The notes below the pieces were generated by a model that ran no database searches, was not told where the DNA came from, and saw only the letters and a list, made by a program, of their open reading frames with translations. The position numbers and the translations under genes are program-made. A stretch of 64,000 bases of DNA from a virus: positions 56,337 through 120,336 of IMG/VR virus record IMGVR_UViG_3300035670_000049, one strand, 5' to 3'. Shown here one piece after another: positions 54,616 to 64,000 of the stretch; the stretch's first letter is position 1; every line of letters starts with the position of its first letter.

Positions 54616-55272
54616 TTATACAATCCCTAACTTTAATTTTCGGCCCCATTTTTCCATAAAATAATCATACTTATCGTTACTTATACCCACCTTACTGTGA
54701 GTTTGAGAGACATAATGTATGTACTCTGCGGTAGGGCAAGATACTACCTTCCACCCTGCTTCTCTGGCCCTAAAAGCCAAGTCCACTTCTTCTCTGTACC
54801 CCATTCCAAAGGTTTCATCAAAGTACCCAATCTCATCGAGTAACAGCCGTTTGATATAAATACAACTACCCTCTACGGCTTTCTGTGCCTCTACTGAGAC
54901 TGAGTTTCTAGGGCGTCCAAAATACTTGTGCGCCGTGTTTCCATCCGTTGCCACGTATATACCGTAGTTGATAATTGTATCTGGATTAGCAGCAGAAAGG
55001 GCTTTCCCGCCCACGATTCCTATCTTCTCATCAGAGTAGGCTAACGTTCTCATCTCTGCAATAATATCCGTTAATACAATCGTATCATCATTCAGTAATA
55101 TAATGTCATCCGTCGTAGAACTCATGGCTTCGTTACAAGCCTTTAGCCACCCAATCGAATTCTTATAAATTAGTACTTTAGGTTCCGTACAATTTTGATG
55201 TATACTCTCTATACAACTATAAAGCATATTCCCACCAAAGAATGTTGGGATAACAATTGTAGTATCTACCAT
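54616..55272 (-). CDS. GT2-family glycosyltransferase
   Basis: TIVIPTF, KACNEAM, ILLNDD, GYFDE.FGMGYREEVDLAFRA..AGWKV. Confidence 0.92.
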   Translation of the reverse strand: MVDTTIVIPTFFGGNMLYSCIESIHQNCTEPKVLIYKNSIGWLKACNEAMSSTTDDIILLNDDTIVLTDIIAEMRTLAYSDEKIGIVGGKALSAANPDTIINYGIYVATDGNTAHKYFGRPRNSVSVEAQKAVEGSCIYIKRLLLDEIGYFDETFGMGYREEVDLAFRAREAGWKVVSCPTAEYIHYVSQTHSKVGISNDKYDYFMEKWGRKLKLGIV

Positions 55273-55282
55273 ACCTTCTCCT

Positions 55283-55732
55283 TTATAAAAGGGCTAACCA
55301 CTGGTAACTCTCTGGATTTATTACGTTATTAAATCCTCTTAGTGGGGCCGACTTTGCCTTTGCTAATCGATAGATAGGAAGGAATCTTGCTAACTCTTCA
55401 ATATCCATCTGTGTCGGGTTCTGTCTACCTTGCTGTGGATCATAAGAGAAGTCTCCATCCTTAAACCCTGCTAGTTGTAGATTACCCATCTTATAAATAA
55501 TCGATGCCATCAAAATAATAGGTCGCTTATCTTTAGATTCAATTGTAGGTTCTACTGTAAATGTTAGAGGGGGAATATGTGTAATAACATAAGATCGGTC
55601 CCATCTAAACGCTAGAGCCTCTACACCATCTGCTAAGTATGCTGCTAATTCTGAATCTGATTCATCGGTTTCAATATAATTACTAAGGTGTCTCCTTAAT
55701 GCTGGAACCAAGTCTAGCATATTCAATATCAT
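55283..55732 (-). CDS. Head-tail adaptor-like protein
   Basis: Position after capsid; helical N-terminus LRRHL..Y..D..SD.EL..YL. Confidence 0.6.
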   Translation of the reverse strand: MILNMLDLVPALRRHLSNYIETDESDSELAAYLADGVEALAFRWDRSYVITHIPPLTFTVEPTIESKDKRPIILMASIIYKMGNLQLAGFKDGDFSYDPQQGRQNPTQMDIEELARFLPIYRLAKAKSAPLRGFNNVINPESYQWLALL

Positions 55733-56187
55733 TCACCCCCAGTAAATTTTTCATCCTCTTCTCCCCAGCCTACTCCTTGCTGATAGACAGGTGATACATC
55801 GGTAAGACGATCTTCGATCATTGTTAGAATCTTCTTTGCCCGTCCCTGTCGCTTTGCTGCTTCATAGAGTTTGCCTAGGGTTGCCTCAGAACTTATCTGC
55901 GGCAATCTCTTTCGTAGAATAAATAAATTCTTTACAAGTTCTTCAGCATCTTCATCTGTAATTGTATTCTCAGTTACAAAATCGAAAGACGGTTCTTCAA
56001 CCTGAATAATTAATCCCTTCTGAATCGCGGTCTTATTCGCCTGTAAGAAATCTCGTAAATTATCCTCATCTATATTTATGTAGGGATTCGCGCCAGTCAG
56101 AACAATTCCATCTACATCTCGTATATGGAACCGCAGCCCAACGTTAAACCCTACATTCTTCTTGTAATATACATACTTTGTAGCCAT
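55729..56187 (-). CDS. Hypothetical protein in head-completion module
   Basis: GGAGG RBS; position after capsid. Confidence 0.65.
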   Translation of the reverse strand: MATKYVYYKKNVGFNVGLRFHIRDVDGIVLTGANPYINIDEDNLRDFLQANKTAIQKGLIIQVEEPSFDFVTENTITDEDAEELVKNLFILRKRLPQISSEATLGKLYEAAKRQGRAKKILTMIEDRLTDVSPVYQQGVGWGEEDEKFTGGE

Positions 56188-56260
56188 TATAAAATCCTCC
56201 GCTAGTGTCTAAAACACTGTAAGTCAAGTAACTATTCGGTTCCTAAAGAACCTACAATCT

Positions 56261-56309
56261 AAAAATGGTGGGCCATCCCCGGCCAATACTGACCGAGAAT
56301 GGCCCATCT
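56261..56309 (-). terminator. Intrinsic terminator after major capsid gene
   Basis: TGGGCCAT..TCTCGGTCA/TGGCCGGGG..ATGGCCCA long stem, then TTTTT. Confidence 0.82.
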
Positions 56310-56332
56310 AACTAATACTCACTAACCAACTA

Positions 56333-57340
56333 TCATGGGACTGTTGATGTGCAAGCGACCTTTACGATTCCTCTTGCATTCCAGATCATCATACCAAACT
56401 GAACCCATGTTTCAAAGTTCCAGTAAGGTGGTGTTGGTCTGTTATCTACATATTCCTTAAACTGTGGTCCACCGTATGTTACAAATTCGCCAATGTTATC
56501 TCCGATAACTAGAATATAGTCTGACGGTAGAAGTGGCTTTGGCGGGAAGCTAGTGTTATCAAAGATTTGCTTGATTCTTACGATATTACTAACGCCTCTA
56601 TATGTTTCAATGAATGGTCCTCCACCATATGGGGAAAGATTTCGAATTGTTCCTGCTGGCTGTCCGTCAACAGTTACGAAATGCTTCTCTGTTCCGGCTC
56701 CAATCAACTGGTACTGTCCAAATGTAGAAAGTGGTGCAAGGGCTCCCTCTGTTCCGATGATTGCCTTTACTCCACCTGACCAGTAATTAACATGGTCAAT
56801 AGCATTGTCAAGCGCTGTTGATGTTAGGGGTCCTGATGCATCGATGAAGTTCGAATATGTTGCGCCGGGGATTGTTAGGGCCGCAGCGTTTCCTGCGGTC
56901 CAGATATTTCCTAGGGCATTCCATGTTCGCATAAGAAGTTTTTCTTGTAGTGCCTTCTGTACATCACTTCGTACTACTTCTGGGGTAAATGCTGGTCCAC
57001 CATGCTCAAGTTCAAGTGTATTGTATTCGGCCTTTGCAGCAAGGATATCTAGGTTATAACTAACCGCCTTATCCCGTACTGTAATCTGCTCACCAAGAGT
57101 GATCTGGCCGGGTACAATTTGCTGAACATGGTACTTTCCCTTGAATCTCTTTACTAGAACATCTCCGAACCGCATTTCGCGTGTACCCATAAATGTTCCT
57201 GCAAGATCAAGAGTCAAGTACGTAGGATCGACATACTCCGTTATGATTTCTGCCAATGCTCGTCTATCTTGTGATTTCGCTAACTCCGCAACAGCCTTTC
57301 GGTATTCAGGAGTTATGTTAGGGTCTAATCTAACTGTCAT
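56333..57340 (-). CDS. Major capsid protein (HK97-fold inferred)
   Basis: 335 aa; strong AAGGAGG RBS; after protease and decoration genes; terminator downstream. Confidence 0.85.
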   Translation of the reverse strand: MTVRLDPNITPEYRKAVAELAKSQDRRALAEIITEYVDPTYLTLDLAGTFMGTREMRFGDVLVKRFKGKYHVQQIVPGQITLGEQITVRDKAVSYNLDILAAKAEYNTLELEHGGPAFTPEVVRSDVQKALQEKLLMRTWNALGNIWTAGNAAALTIPGATYSNFIDASGPLTSTALDNAIDHVNYWSGGVKAIIGTEGALAPLSTFGQYQLIGAGTEKHFVTVDGQPAGTIRNLSPYGGGPFIETYRGVSNIVRIKQIFDNTSFPPKPLLPSDYILVIGDNIGEFVTYGGPQFKEYVDNRPTPPYWNFETWVQFGMMIWNARGIVKVACTSTVP

Positions 57341-57370
57341 TCTATTTTCGCCTCCTTTTACTTACTCAGC

Positions 57371-58009
57371 TTATAATGCTGCCAAGCCCTTCAACTTGAC
57401 AGTAATTGTGTTGGTACCAAATGTGTCCTTATCAGTAACGTATCCAACTACGGTATTTCCTGCTGCGGCTCCTGATACTGTTAGTTTTCCTTCGCTACCT
57501 GTAGCATAACTTGCGTAAACCTTTGAACCTATACTATAATCTGAAGATACACCTACATAGTTTCCTGAACCGAATGTAAATGTTCCACCATCAAATACTA
57601 GGGCCTTGTTTCCTGATGTTACAGGAAGTCCATAGAACATCAAAGGAATATCGTACTGAGTTATTCCTGTTGGCCAAGGTGTTGCATACATAGAATCTGG
57701 GTCTAGTTCGAAGTCAGTTTCCTGTACTCCAAGCGAACCATCATTCCATCCCAATACCTGTGCGCCATTAAGTCCGGGTCCAGTAAAATATGGTCCGGGG
57801 TTCAATGGTTTAGGCCAGTCAACTGGGAATGCTGCCTTCTGTGCCTCTGTAAGTGTTCGTGGAAGTGTCATCCGTCCGTTTGAATCTCGGAAGCAGAATC
57901 TTCCTCTGTTCGTTTCCTGATTTACTCTAGCACCATCAATATCGTCATACTTGTTTACAATAAATTGTGTTGTATCGACTGGGTTGCCTGTGTTTATTGC
58001 GTCTGCCAT
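57371..58009 (-). CDS. Capsid decoration/cement-like protein
   Basis: Between scaffold and capsid genes; C-terminal YA...GKLT..VVG.V pattern. Confidence 0.62.
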   Translation of the reverse strand: MADAINTGNPVDTTQFIVNKYDDIDGARVNQETNRGRFCFRDSNGRMTLPRTLTEAQKAAFPVDWPKPLNPGPYFTGPGLNGAQVLGWNDGSLGVQETDFELDPDSMYATPWPTGITQYDIPLMFYGLPVTSGNKALVFDGGTFTFGSGNYVGVSSDYSIGSKVYASYATGSEGKLTVSGAAAGNTVVGYVTDKDTFGTNTITVKLKGLAAL

Positions 58010-58029
58010 GTTATTTGCCTACCTCCTTT

Positions 58030-59172
58030 TTATAAATCTGCTATTTCGCCTCTTGAAGCCCGTCGTCCTAGTGACTTCAAATCGTCTAACGACATTTCAT
58101 CCGTTCCTGCTACCGCAAATTTGGGTAGGCTTTCCTTTTTAGTAGAAGCGCTTGCTGCTGCTTTGGGTGCTTCCTTTATTGCTGCTGCAAGGTCTGCTAC
58201 ATACGCATCAAATATTTCTTGTGACATAGATAGCCACAATTCCTGCTTCTGCGCAAGAACATCATCTTCAACCTTAACTCCCGCTTCAGATACCTTTGCT
58301 GTTCTTTCAGCAACTATGGCATCTCGCTTGAATGCTTCATTCTCAGAAGCCAAGGATGTTTTTTCTTCTGTAAGTGTGTTTATTGTGCTAGTGGCTTCTT
58401 CCAACTTGCTTTCTAATTCAGCAATTTTTGCTTCTGCTGCTGCAAGATCAGCCTGTGCCTTCTCTAGTTCATCCACTTTCATTCCTCCCATCGTAATACT
58501 AGGTTCTTCCTCTTCTTCCACTTTGCCTTTTATAAGGTCATTTAATTCTTGTACAATCTCTGTCAATTCAGACATAAATTCTTCATCTTCTAATTGGCTC
58601 TGTGAGATTGACTGGATATTAGTTTGAGCAATTGCTAATAGGGATGTTCTACTTCCATAGGCTGGAAATTGAACGAAAGTTGCTGCTCTAGTAATTACAC
58701 CTTTTAGCCAATCGATGCCATTCTGATGCTTAACATCCTGATAAACTAATTCCCATGAGATTCCGGGGGCTTCGCCCGCCGCATACTTTTCCTTTAGATA
58801 ACTAACCTCATCTGGATACTCTTCATTATATAGAACAGCCTCACCGATTAATTCGGCTACCTCGTTATCCTTTATCTGCTTTGTCATTGCAGTTATATGC
58901 CCAATAGGAACAGACATATCATGTCCTTTTACTCCTGCGTGGGTATAGCGCATCTTTATGGGCATATGTATTGATGAGGTAATAAGTGCGTCAAAATCTT
59001 CTGCTTCTATACCTTGATCATTTGCATTTCCCCTATTATCCGCAAAGATAAATTTAATTTTAGTTAGAAATGGATGCTTGAAATCTCCAGTAGGAATGTC
59101 TATAATCTCAGCAATCGTGGATTCAAATTGAGTATTTTTCACTATTTCACCCCCTCGGGTTTGTAGTTCCAT
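58030..59172 (-). CDS. Prohead protease-scaffold fusion
   Basis: GH..PIG.I (His), GISWE (Ser), FV..PAY; long acidic coiled-coil C-terminus. Confidence 0.75.
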   Translation of the reverse strand: MELQTRGGEIVKNTQFESTIAEIIDIPTGDFKHPFLTKIKFIFADNRGNANDQGIEAEDFDALITSSIHMPIKMRYTHAGVKGHDMSVPIGHITAMTKQIKDNEVAELIGEAVLYNEEYPDEVSYLKEKYAAGEAPGISWELVYQDVKHQNGIDWLKGVITRAATFVQFPAYGSRTSLLAIAQTNIQSISQSQLEDEEFMSELTEIVQELNDLIKGKVEEEEEPSITMGGMKVDELEKAQADLAAAEAKIAELESKLEEATSTINTLTEEKTSLASENEAFKRDAIVAERTAKVSEAGVKVEDDVLAQKQELWLSMSQEIFDAYVADLAAAIKEAPKAAASASTKKESLPKFAVAGTDEMSLDDLKSLGRRASRGEIADL

Positions 59173-59187
59173 TTATACAAACTACAT

Positions 59188-59490
59188 TTACTTTAAAAAT
59201 AGGGCGGGCCATTTACACTTTTTACCAATTGAAGCAGAAACAATGAACAAAAAATATAAAATTAGGACACCAATCCAATGCTCCCAGCCCGCCATTGCGG
59301 CTTCAGGTCTAGTTAATTGCGTAGTCATCATCAGAAATATAAACACAATAGTTGAAACTGTCATTGCATATATTTCATTTAAACTTAATTTAAAGATATT
59401 AAAAATTACACTACCAATTATCAAGCCCCCTAAAATTGAGGGAAATAGGGTCGTTAAATTTAGAACATCCACTACATCTGAAAGGGTCAT
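59188..59490 (-). CDS. Three-TM membrane protein
   Basis: Three hydrophobic helices. Confidence 0.7.
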   Translation of the reverse strand: MTLSDVVDVLNLTTLFPSILGGLIIGSVIFNIFKLSLNEIYAMTVSTIVFIFLMMTTQLTRPEAAMAGWEHWIGVLILYFLFIVSASIGKKCKWPALFLK

Positions 59491-59807
59491 AACTTATCAT
59501 CTCTTATCACTTTGGCTCTCCCTGTTGGACGATCCTGTAAGTCGTTGATAAGAAGGGCCTGATGCACAGTTAGTTCTCGTAACTCTTCAACTTGCGCTGT
59601 TAGTTCATGAATCTGAATCATGTTATCTTCAATCAGTTTCTGCAATTCTGCTATCTTTCGATCCTGTGCCGCTACAATATCCTTTAACGTTTGTACTAAT
59701 TTATCTTGATTGGGGCCTATGTTGTATTTCTTAGCTACGAATACACCAATGAGAGAGACTACTATGGTGCCAAAGACGCTTATAAACGCCACATAAACTT
59801 CTCCCAT
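59487..59807 (-). CDS. N-terminal TM plus coiled-coil protein
   Basis: VYVAFISVFGTIVVSLIGVFVA followed by heptad repeats. Confidence 0.72.
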   Translation of the reverse strand: MGEVYVAFISVFGTIVVSLIGVFVAKKYNIGPNQDKLVQTLKDIVAAQDRKIAELQKLIEDNMIQIHELTAQVEELRELTVHQALLINDLQDRPTGRAKVIRDDKL

Positions 59808-59814
59808 ATGCTCA

Positions 59815-60081
59815 TCACTCTCTTAAATCTGATAATTCAATCTCTCCGTATTCTTGTATAGCCTGTATAGCAGAACGAAGAATAATCGTGTAACTTGCGT
59901 CATCGCGTTCATCGTACCTTTCTATACTATTTATTAAAGTAATTGATTTTTGTGTTTCTTTATATATAATCCCAATAGATAATGTAGTCATTATCTCATC
60001 ATCGGGGTTTCGCGGCACCTTATCCCTATCAACATAAATATGATCGTCCCATAAAACTGCTACAATTTTATACTTATTCAT
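59815..60081 (-). CDS. Hypothetical protein
   Basis: ORF coupled to portal. Confidence 0.62.
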   Translation of the reverse strand: MNKYKIVAVLWDDHIYVDRDKVPRNPDDEIMTTLSIGIIYKETQKSITLINSIERYDERDDASYTIILRSAIQAIQEYGEIELSDLRE

Positions 60082-61756
60082 TCATCAAATCCGGTGTTTC
60101 GATAATAGTATCTTTTGTGATTACTAATCCACGTTCTTCTGCGACTTTTATGAGAAGATCAATAACCTCATCGTCTTCCATTAAGGCTTCAGATTGTTTT
60201 ACTTTTGAAAGGGGTTTTTGTCCCTTTGGTTTTACCCCTGTATTTCTATTATTTACAGGGACATTCTGACTACCTAATGGCCGTCCTCCGGGTGCTGTGC
60301 CCGGTGGTAGTGGACTGTAAGGCATTGGTGGGAAGGGTGGAAGATCGCCCATGATTTCTTTCTCATCCTTCATTAACTCCACTTCAGTTTCAAAGTCTAG
60401 TCCGCTCAAATCTGTTCGTGAAGTTCTTGAGATATTACCCTCTGTAAACAACTGCGCATAAACTGCTGCTGTCTTTACAAAGTCCTGCAATTTAATAGGC
60501 TTGAATTTTGGAGCAGCGGTGTTTCTAAATTTGTTTTTATCTGATAACTCTTCGTAGAGAGAAGAAACCCACTCAATTAAATTACCCCGTAATTCTTCCA
60601 GCATTGGCTGTATTGCCCATGTGGATACCTCTGAAGATGATGATCCTCCTCTGGATTCTCCGGTAATAAGAATCTTAGCCAGTCCTAGTCCTTCTGATAA
60701 TTCTTCGTTTGCTTGTCGGTATTTATCCTGATCAAGCATCGCGCTAACATCGGGAGTTATCCACTCTAATGAAGTAGTATGGTTTGAGAAGAGGATGAAA
60801 AGACGCTCCATTAATCGTGGATTATTAGAACGTGCTAATATCTGGGACTTTAACTCGTCTAGGTTTCCCCGAGTTTCTTCTGTTATCGGATAGTTATCAT
60901 TACCTTCTTTAACCAGTAGGATAGCATTGATAACCCTAGAGGCCACCGCAAAGTCCATTCGTCTTAGTTGCTGCTTAAAGATAAGTGGCTCTAAAACGTT
61001 ATAAAGAAATGGTGTAGGATAAGGAGAGTATGAAATCTCTTTTCGTAAAATTGGGTCGATATCGATTAACTTAACCTTGTCTGCGCCATTTTTAACTTGT
61101 TCTACGAGCATTGGGTAATACTCGCGGTAAAGGTTATACTTTAATTGCTGCTCCTTTATCTTACTTCCACCACTCCGAATTAACTTGATATCTTTATCAG
61201 GAATCTTAAGATAGTATCCCTTCTCTCCCCAACCTACCCATACAACGTATGTAAGATTCGGTGGATACAGATCAAACTTCGGAACGGTGTAAACCTTTCC
61301 CGGTGTAAGTTTAGGATGTAGATCGCGTCCTAAAATTTCTTCATACTCTATTCGTGGAATTACCATTCCAGACAAAAAATATTCCAAGGCTGCCATCCGT
61401 AAAAACCGCATCAGTCTAGACGGGTTTCTATGGAGAACAGCCTCAAAGTAAATGTTCTGCTCATCAGTGGTCTTTCGTTGCCCATTGCGAATATCTGTTA
61501 CTGCCAATTCTGACAGCCTGTTGATAACGGTGGAAACAATTCCACCCCTTTGATAAAAGTCATATACAAGTTGAAGAACCTGATGATACTCTCTGGGAAC
61601 AACTAACTTCTCAGGCGCTAGCCCTAAAGCCCGATAGTATGAATCTGCCGTATTTGCATAGGGCAGCATGAAAGTACCATAGCCCTCTCCGAATGGGGCC
61701 TGTCCCTCGTATATAGATGACTTCGCTAATTCATACTTTGGTTTTTCTTCTACCAT
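60074..61756 (-). CDS. Portal protein
   Basis: 560 aa, directly after terL, helical, portal-like size and position. Confidence 0.85.
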   Translation of the reverse strand: MVEEKPKYELAKSSIYEGQAPFGEGYGTFMLPYANTADSYYRALGLAPEKLVVPREYHQVLQLVYDFYQRGGIVSTVINRLSELAVTDIRNGQRKTTDEQNIYFEAVLHRNPSRLMRFLRMAALEYFLSGMVIPRIEYEEILGRDLHPKLTPGKVYTVPKFDLYPPNLTYVVWVGWGEKGYYLKIPDKDIKLIRSGGSKIKEQQLKYNLYREYYPMLVEQVKNGADKVKLIDIDPILRKEISYSPYPTPFLYNVLEPLIFKQQLRRMDFAVASRVINAILLVKEGNDNYPITEETRGNLDELKSQILARSNNPRLMERLFILFSNHTTSLEWITPDVSAMLDQDKYRQANEELSEGLGLAKILITGESRGGSSSSEVSTWAIQPMLEELRGNLIEWVSSLYEELSDKNKFRNTAAPKFKPIKLQDFVKTAAVYAQLFTEGNISRTSRTDLSGLDFETEVELMKDEKEIMGDLPPFPPMPYSPLPPGTAPGGRPLGSQNVPVNNRNTGVKPKGQKPLSKVKQSEALMEDDEVIDLLIKVAEERGLVITKDTIIETPDLMNE

Positions 61757-63339
61757 GTTCCAATTCCCTCTCTAGTATCTAGCCATTTAGCCGTGAGAAG
61801 TTTAGGTTTAATCTCCGGTCTTAGTATGACTACTGGTGGGCCAAACTTATTTTCATAAGCCATAATAGCGCACATCATTGCAGCCATTTGGTGATCGTCC
61901 TGTGTTTTATAAACAGGTTCACCTGTCTGTGTTCGCGTGAATTTAGTTCGCTCTAGTTCATCCATTAAATCAGTATCTTCTTTAGCAAAAGTAAAGCGAT
62001 GTTCATGGACCCAGCGAGAAAGTGTTTCAACTGCAACTCGCTTTGTTTGGTCTTTCTTTTCTACACCATCTTCATCAATTGCCACAACCATGAATGATCC
62101 AAACTCTACTGGATAGAGTCTTTCAATATACTTATATTGCTTAAAGGTTGTTAACTCTCCTGCTAGGTCTTGGTATTGAACCTTACCGGGACCACCCATA
62201 TCTATGCCCATAAAATCGAACATATATATCTGATCAAGGTATGCCATAAATTCTCTCTGTAAAGCATACTCTACACGTTGTAGTACAAACCGGGCAAGGC
62301 ATTTCCAATTGCCTAATTTATCCCTGTACATTACAAAGAACACAGCAGGGTCAGGAGAATAACCAACGTCATAGCCCAGACCTATCATTGGCTTAAGGGC
62401 TCCGTCGTAGGGCAGGGGAGGCGGCACAACAACCTCGTTGATGTGATACCTCTGGATTCCATCTGGGTCAAATCGCTTGGTATTATCAAAATTATGTTGA
62501 GCCAAGGCAATTTTAAATACCTCTGAATCATCGATCTTGAACCTAACGCGATCAAAGATAGAATACGTAGGCACGCCGTGTTGTCCTAGAACGAAGTGTT
62601 TGTAGTCCTCGCTATCTTCTAGCAGGGCTCCATACTCTTTTCGGCGCTGATATTCCAGATCAGGATTCCACCAACTCATCATATTTTGTGGAATGTTAAA
62701 TGATATGTATTTGTCATCAATTTGATCGCATTCGTACAAAACGTTGTCTTTACGTTCTCCGTTTGGTACTCCCGATACCCATAACATGTGGCCGGGGATA
62801 TCAAACTTAAGAACGTTTCCTAGAGATTTCCATGCTAACCAAGGGAATGCCTGTGCCTCGTCTACCCATATCCGACTGGTATGGATCGAGATAACGTTGG
62901 ATTCTTTTCCTTCGCTACCCGCAATTCTCAAAATAAATATAAATCCATTGTGAAATTCTATGCGGCCTTCCTGCACATTAATCTTGTTGGGATTAACTAA
63001 GAATTTAATTAGCCAGTGCTTCTCACAGGCTTGGCGTATTCTAGGAAAGATAGCATCTTTCTGTGCTTTATTAGGAACATATACAAGTAAACCAGGATCA
63101 CCGGGTATATACATTCCATTGATGGCCCAATAATAAAGTAATTCTATCATTGCTGTAGTCTTTCTTACACCACGACCACAACACATGCTTAAGTATTGAG
63201 CGTTACTACTGGTCCACGCTCTTTCATGGGGCTCTAGTGCTTGCCAATGGGGGTCATCCTCATTAATAAACTCTCTAAATAAGACCGGGTTCTCAATAAT
63301 CTGTAATAGAGCCCACTCTTTTTCATCTATGTATTCCAT
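61750..63339 (-). CDS. terL: Terminase large subunit
   Basis: GRGVRKTT Walker A-like, IWVDEAQ Walker B, SGVP, GYDVG nuclease Asp, DDHQMAA. Confidence 0.9.
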   Translation of the reverse strand: MEYIDEKEWALLQIIENPVLFREFINEDDPHWQALEPHERAWTSSNAQYLSMCCGRGVRKTTAMIELLYYWAINGMYIPGDPGLLVYVPNKAQKDAIFPRIRQACEKHWLIKFLVNPNKINVQEGRIEFHNGFIFILRIAGSEGKESNVISIHTSRIWVDEAQAFPWLAWKSLGNVLKFDIPGHMLWVSGVPNGERKDNVLYECDQIDDKYISFNIPQNMMSWWNPDLEYQRRKEYGALLEDSEDYKHFVLGQHGVPTYSIFDRVRFKIDDSEVFKIALAQHNFDNTKRFDPDGIQRYHINEVVVPPPLPYDGALKPMIGLGYDVGYSPDPAVFFVMYRDKLGNWKCLARFVLQRVEYALQREFMAYLDQIYMFDFMGIDMGGPGKVQYQDLAGELTTFKQYKYIERLYPVEFGSFMVVAIDEDGVEKKDQTKRVAVETLSRWVHEHRFTFAKEDTDLMDELERTKFTRTQTGEPVYKTQDDHQMAAMMCAIMAYENKFGPPVVILRPEIKPKLLTAKWLDTREGIGTW

Positions 63340-63340
63340 A

Positions 63341-63985
63341 TTATTTCACATGTATAATCTTTTCTTTGCATCGATTACACTCCAATTCCATTGAGACTGC
63401 GGTGTAGTCATGTGGAAAATTCAGCCAATATCTTGCTAACTCTACTTGACACTTTTCACATTTAACTTGAATAGTTTTTCTATCCCAGAATTCCGATGCC
63501 TTTGTTTTTAGGGCCTCAATAAATTGTGGAATATCATCAACCTGTTTCTCTTTTCTGGCTTTACGGGATATCCCCAATCTGTCTTGTAATTCTGTAATTG
63601 ATGAAACAAGACTGCGTTGTACATCGGCCAGATTCTTAAAAGTCCGTGTATCCTCATTTGTTAATTCATCTTTCTCCTGTAAATTTCTAATCTGAAGGTC
63701 TAACGTTTCTAACTGCAAGGTATGCTTTACTAAAAGTTTAAGAGCCTCAGTATCATTGGACTCATTCATATCTACGCCATACTCTGATTGCAGCCTATCT
63801 ATCAATCGCTTGTAACGCGCATTATAGGAAGAGCCCTCTTCCTTTACAGGGACGGCCTTAACTCGCTTCTCGCCTTCTTTCCTAAGAATATGTTCTAGTA
63901 TCTCTACGTCAGATTTACCTTTAAACATTGCAAGATTTCGCATACGATTAATCTTGCCTTGATATTTGGGATCAATTTCATACAT
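63341..63985 (-). CDS. terS: Putative terminase small subunit with C-terminal Zn finger
   Basis: Immediately upstream of terL; helical core ELQDRLGISRK; CEKC...CNRC. Confidence 0.65.
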   Translation of the reverse strand: MYEIDPKYQGKINRMRNLAMFKGKSDVEILEHILRKEGEKRVKAVPVKEEGSSYNARYKRLIDRLQSEYGVDMNESNDTEALKLLVKHTLQLETLDLQIRNLQEKDELTNEDTRTFKNLADVQRSLVSSITELQDRLGISRKARKEKQVDDIPQFIEALKTKASEFWDRKTIQVKCEKCQVELARYWLNFPHDYTAVSMELECNRCKEKIIHVK

Positions 63986-64000
63986 ATAAAAATCCTCTAG

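Larger units (their letters stand above)
1..64000. mobile_element. Tailed dsDNA bacteriophage genome (siphovirus-like), near-complete or complete
   Basis: Ordered terminase-portal-protease-capsid-connector-tail tube-chaperone-tape measure-tail tip-lysis module plus phage-type replication genes; no host housekeeping genes. Confidence 0.95.

Noticed and set aside
57965-58627. 220-aa plus-strand ORF and other antisense ORFs across 30000-64000
   Set aside because: Shadows of well-supported minus-strand structural genes, with Ser-rich antisense composition.
1-64000. Integrated prophage or temperate lifestyle
   Set aside because: No integrase, att-linked host genes or ParA/ParB recognised; a lone XRE gene is not enough. 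Lifestyle is undetermined.

Overview
The window is a largely or fully complete, moderately AT-rich tailed-phage genome (siphovirus-like). No integrase, DNA polymerase, primase, tRNA or CRISPR array was recognised. Organisation: a leftward early/accessory arm (5787->1: cREC receiver-like protein, acidic proteins, a structured non-coding leader, deaminase, Fic, HNH); a ~700-bp divergent control region; a rightward arm (6495-14698: wHTH proteins, DUF2786, RuvB-like ATPase, XRE regulator) ending at a bidirectional terminator; and a long leftward arm running terminase, portal, protease/scaffold, capsid, connectors with two embedded glycosyltransferases, tail tube, frameshifted chaperone, tape measure, a lectin-rich tail tip, lysis genes with a third glycosyltransferase, then replication/recombination/nucleotide genes. 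Sigma70-type promoters, strong Shine-Dalgarno sites, an amidase and no recognisable spanins suggest a monoderm bacterial host (inference only). The strongest leads are: (1) a ~250-nt promoter-driven, multi-helix RNA followed by a terminator in front of the deaminase-Fic-HNH operon; (2) a phage RuvB lacking the RuvA-binding beta-hairpin, alongside an Hjc-type nuclease fused to a RadA-like zinc finger; (3) a duplicated Dit-like domain, one copy fused to a 1,900-aa lectin-bearing repeat fibre; (4) glycosyltransferases inside the head-tail module, suggesting virion glycosylation. All family assignments come from motif recognition by eye; no database search was run.
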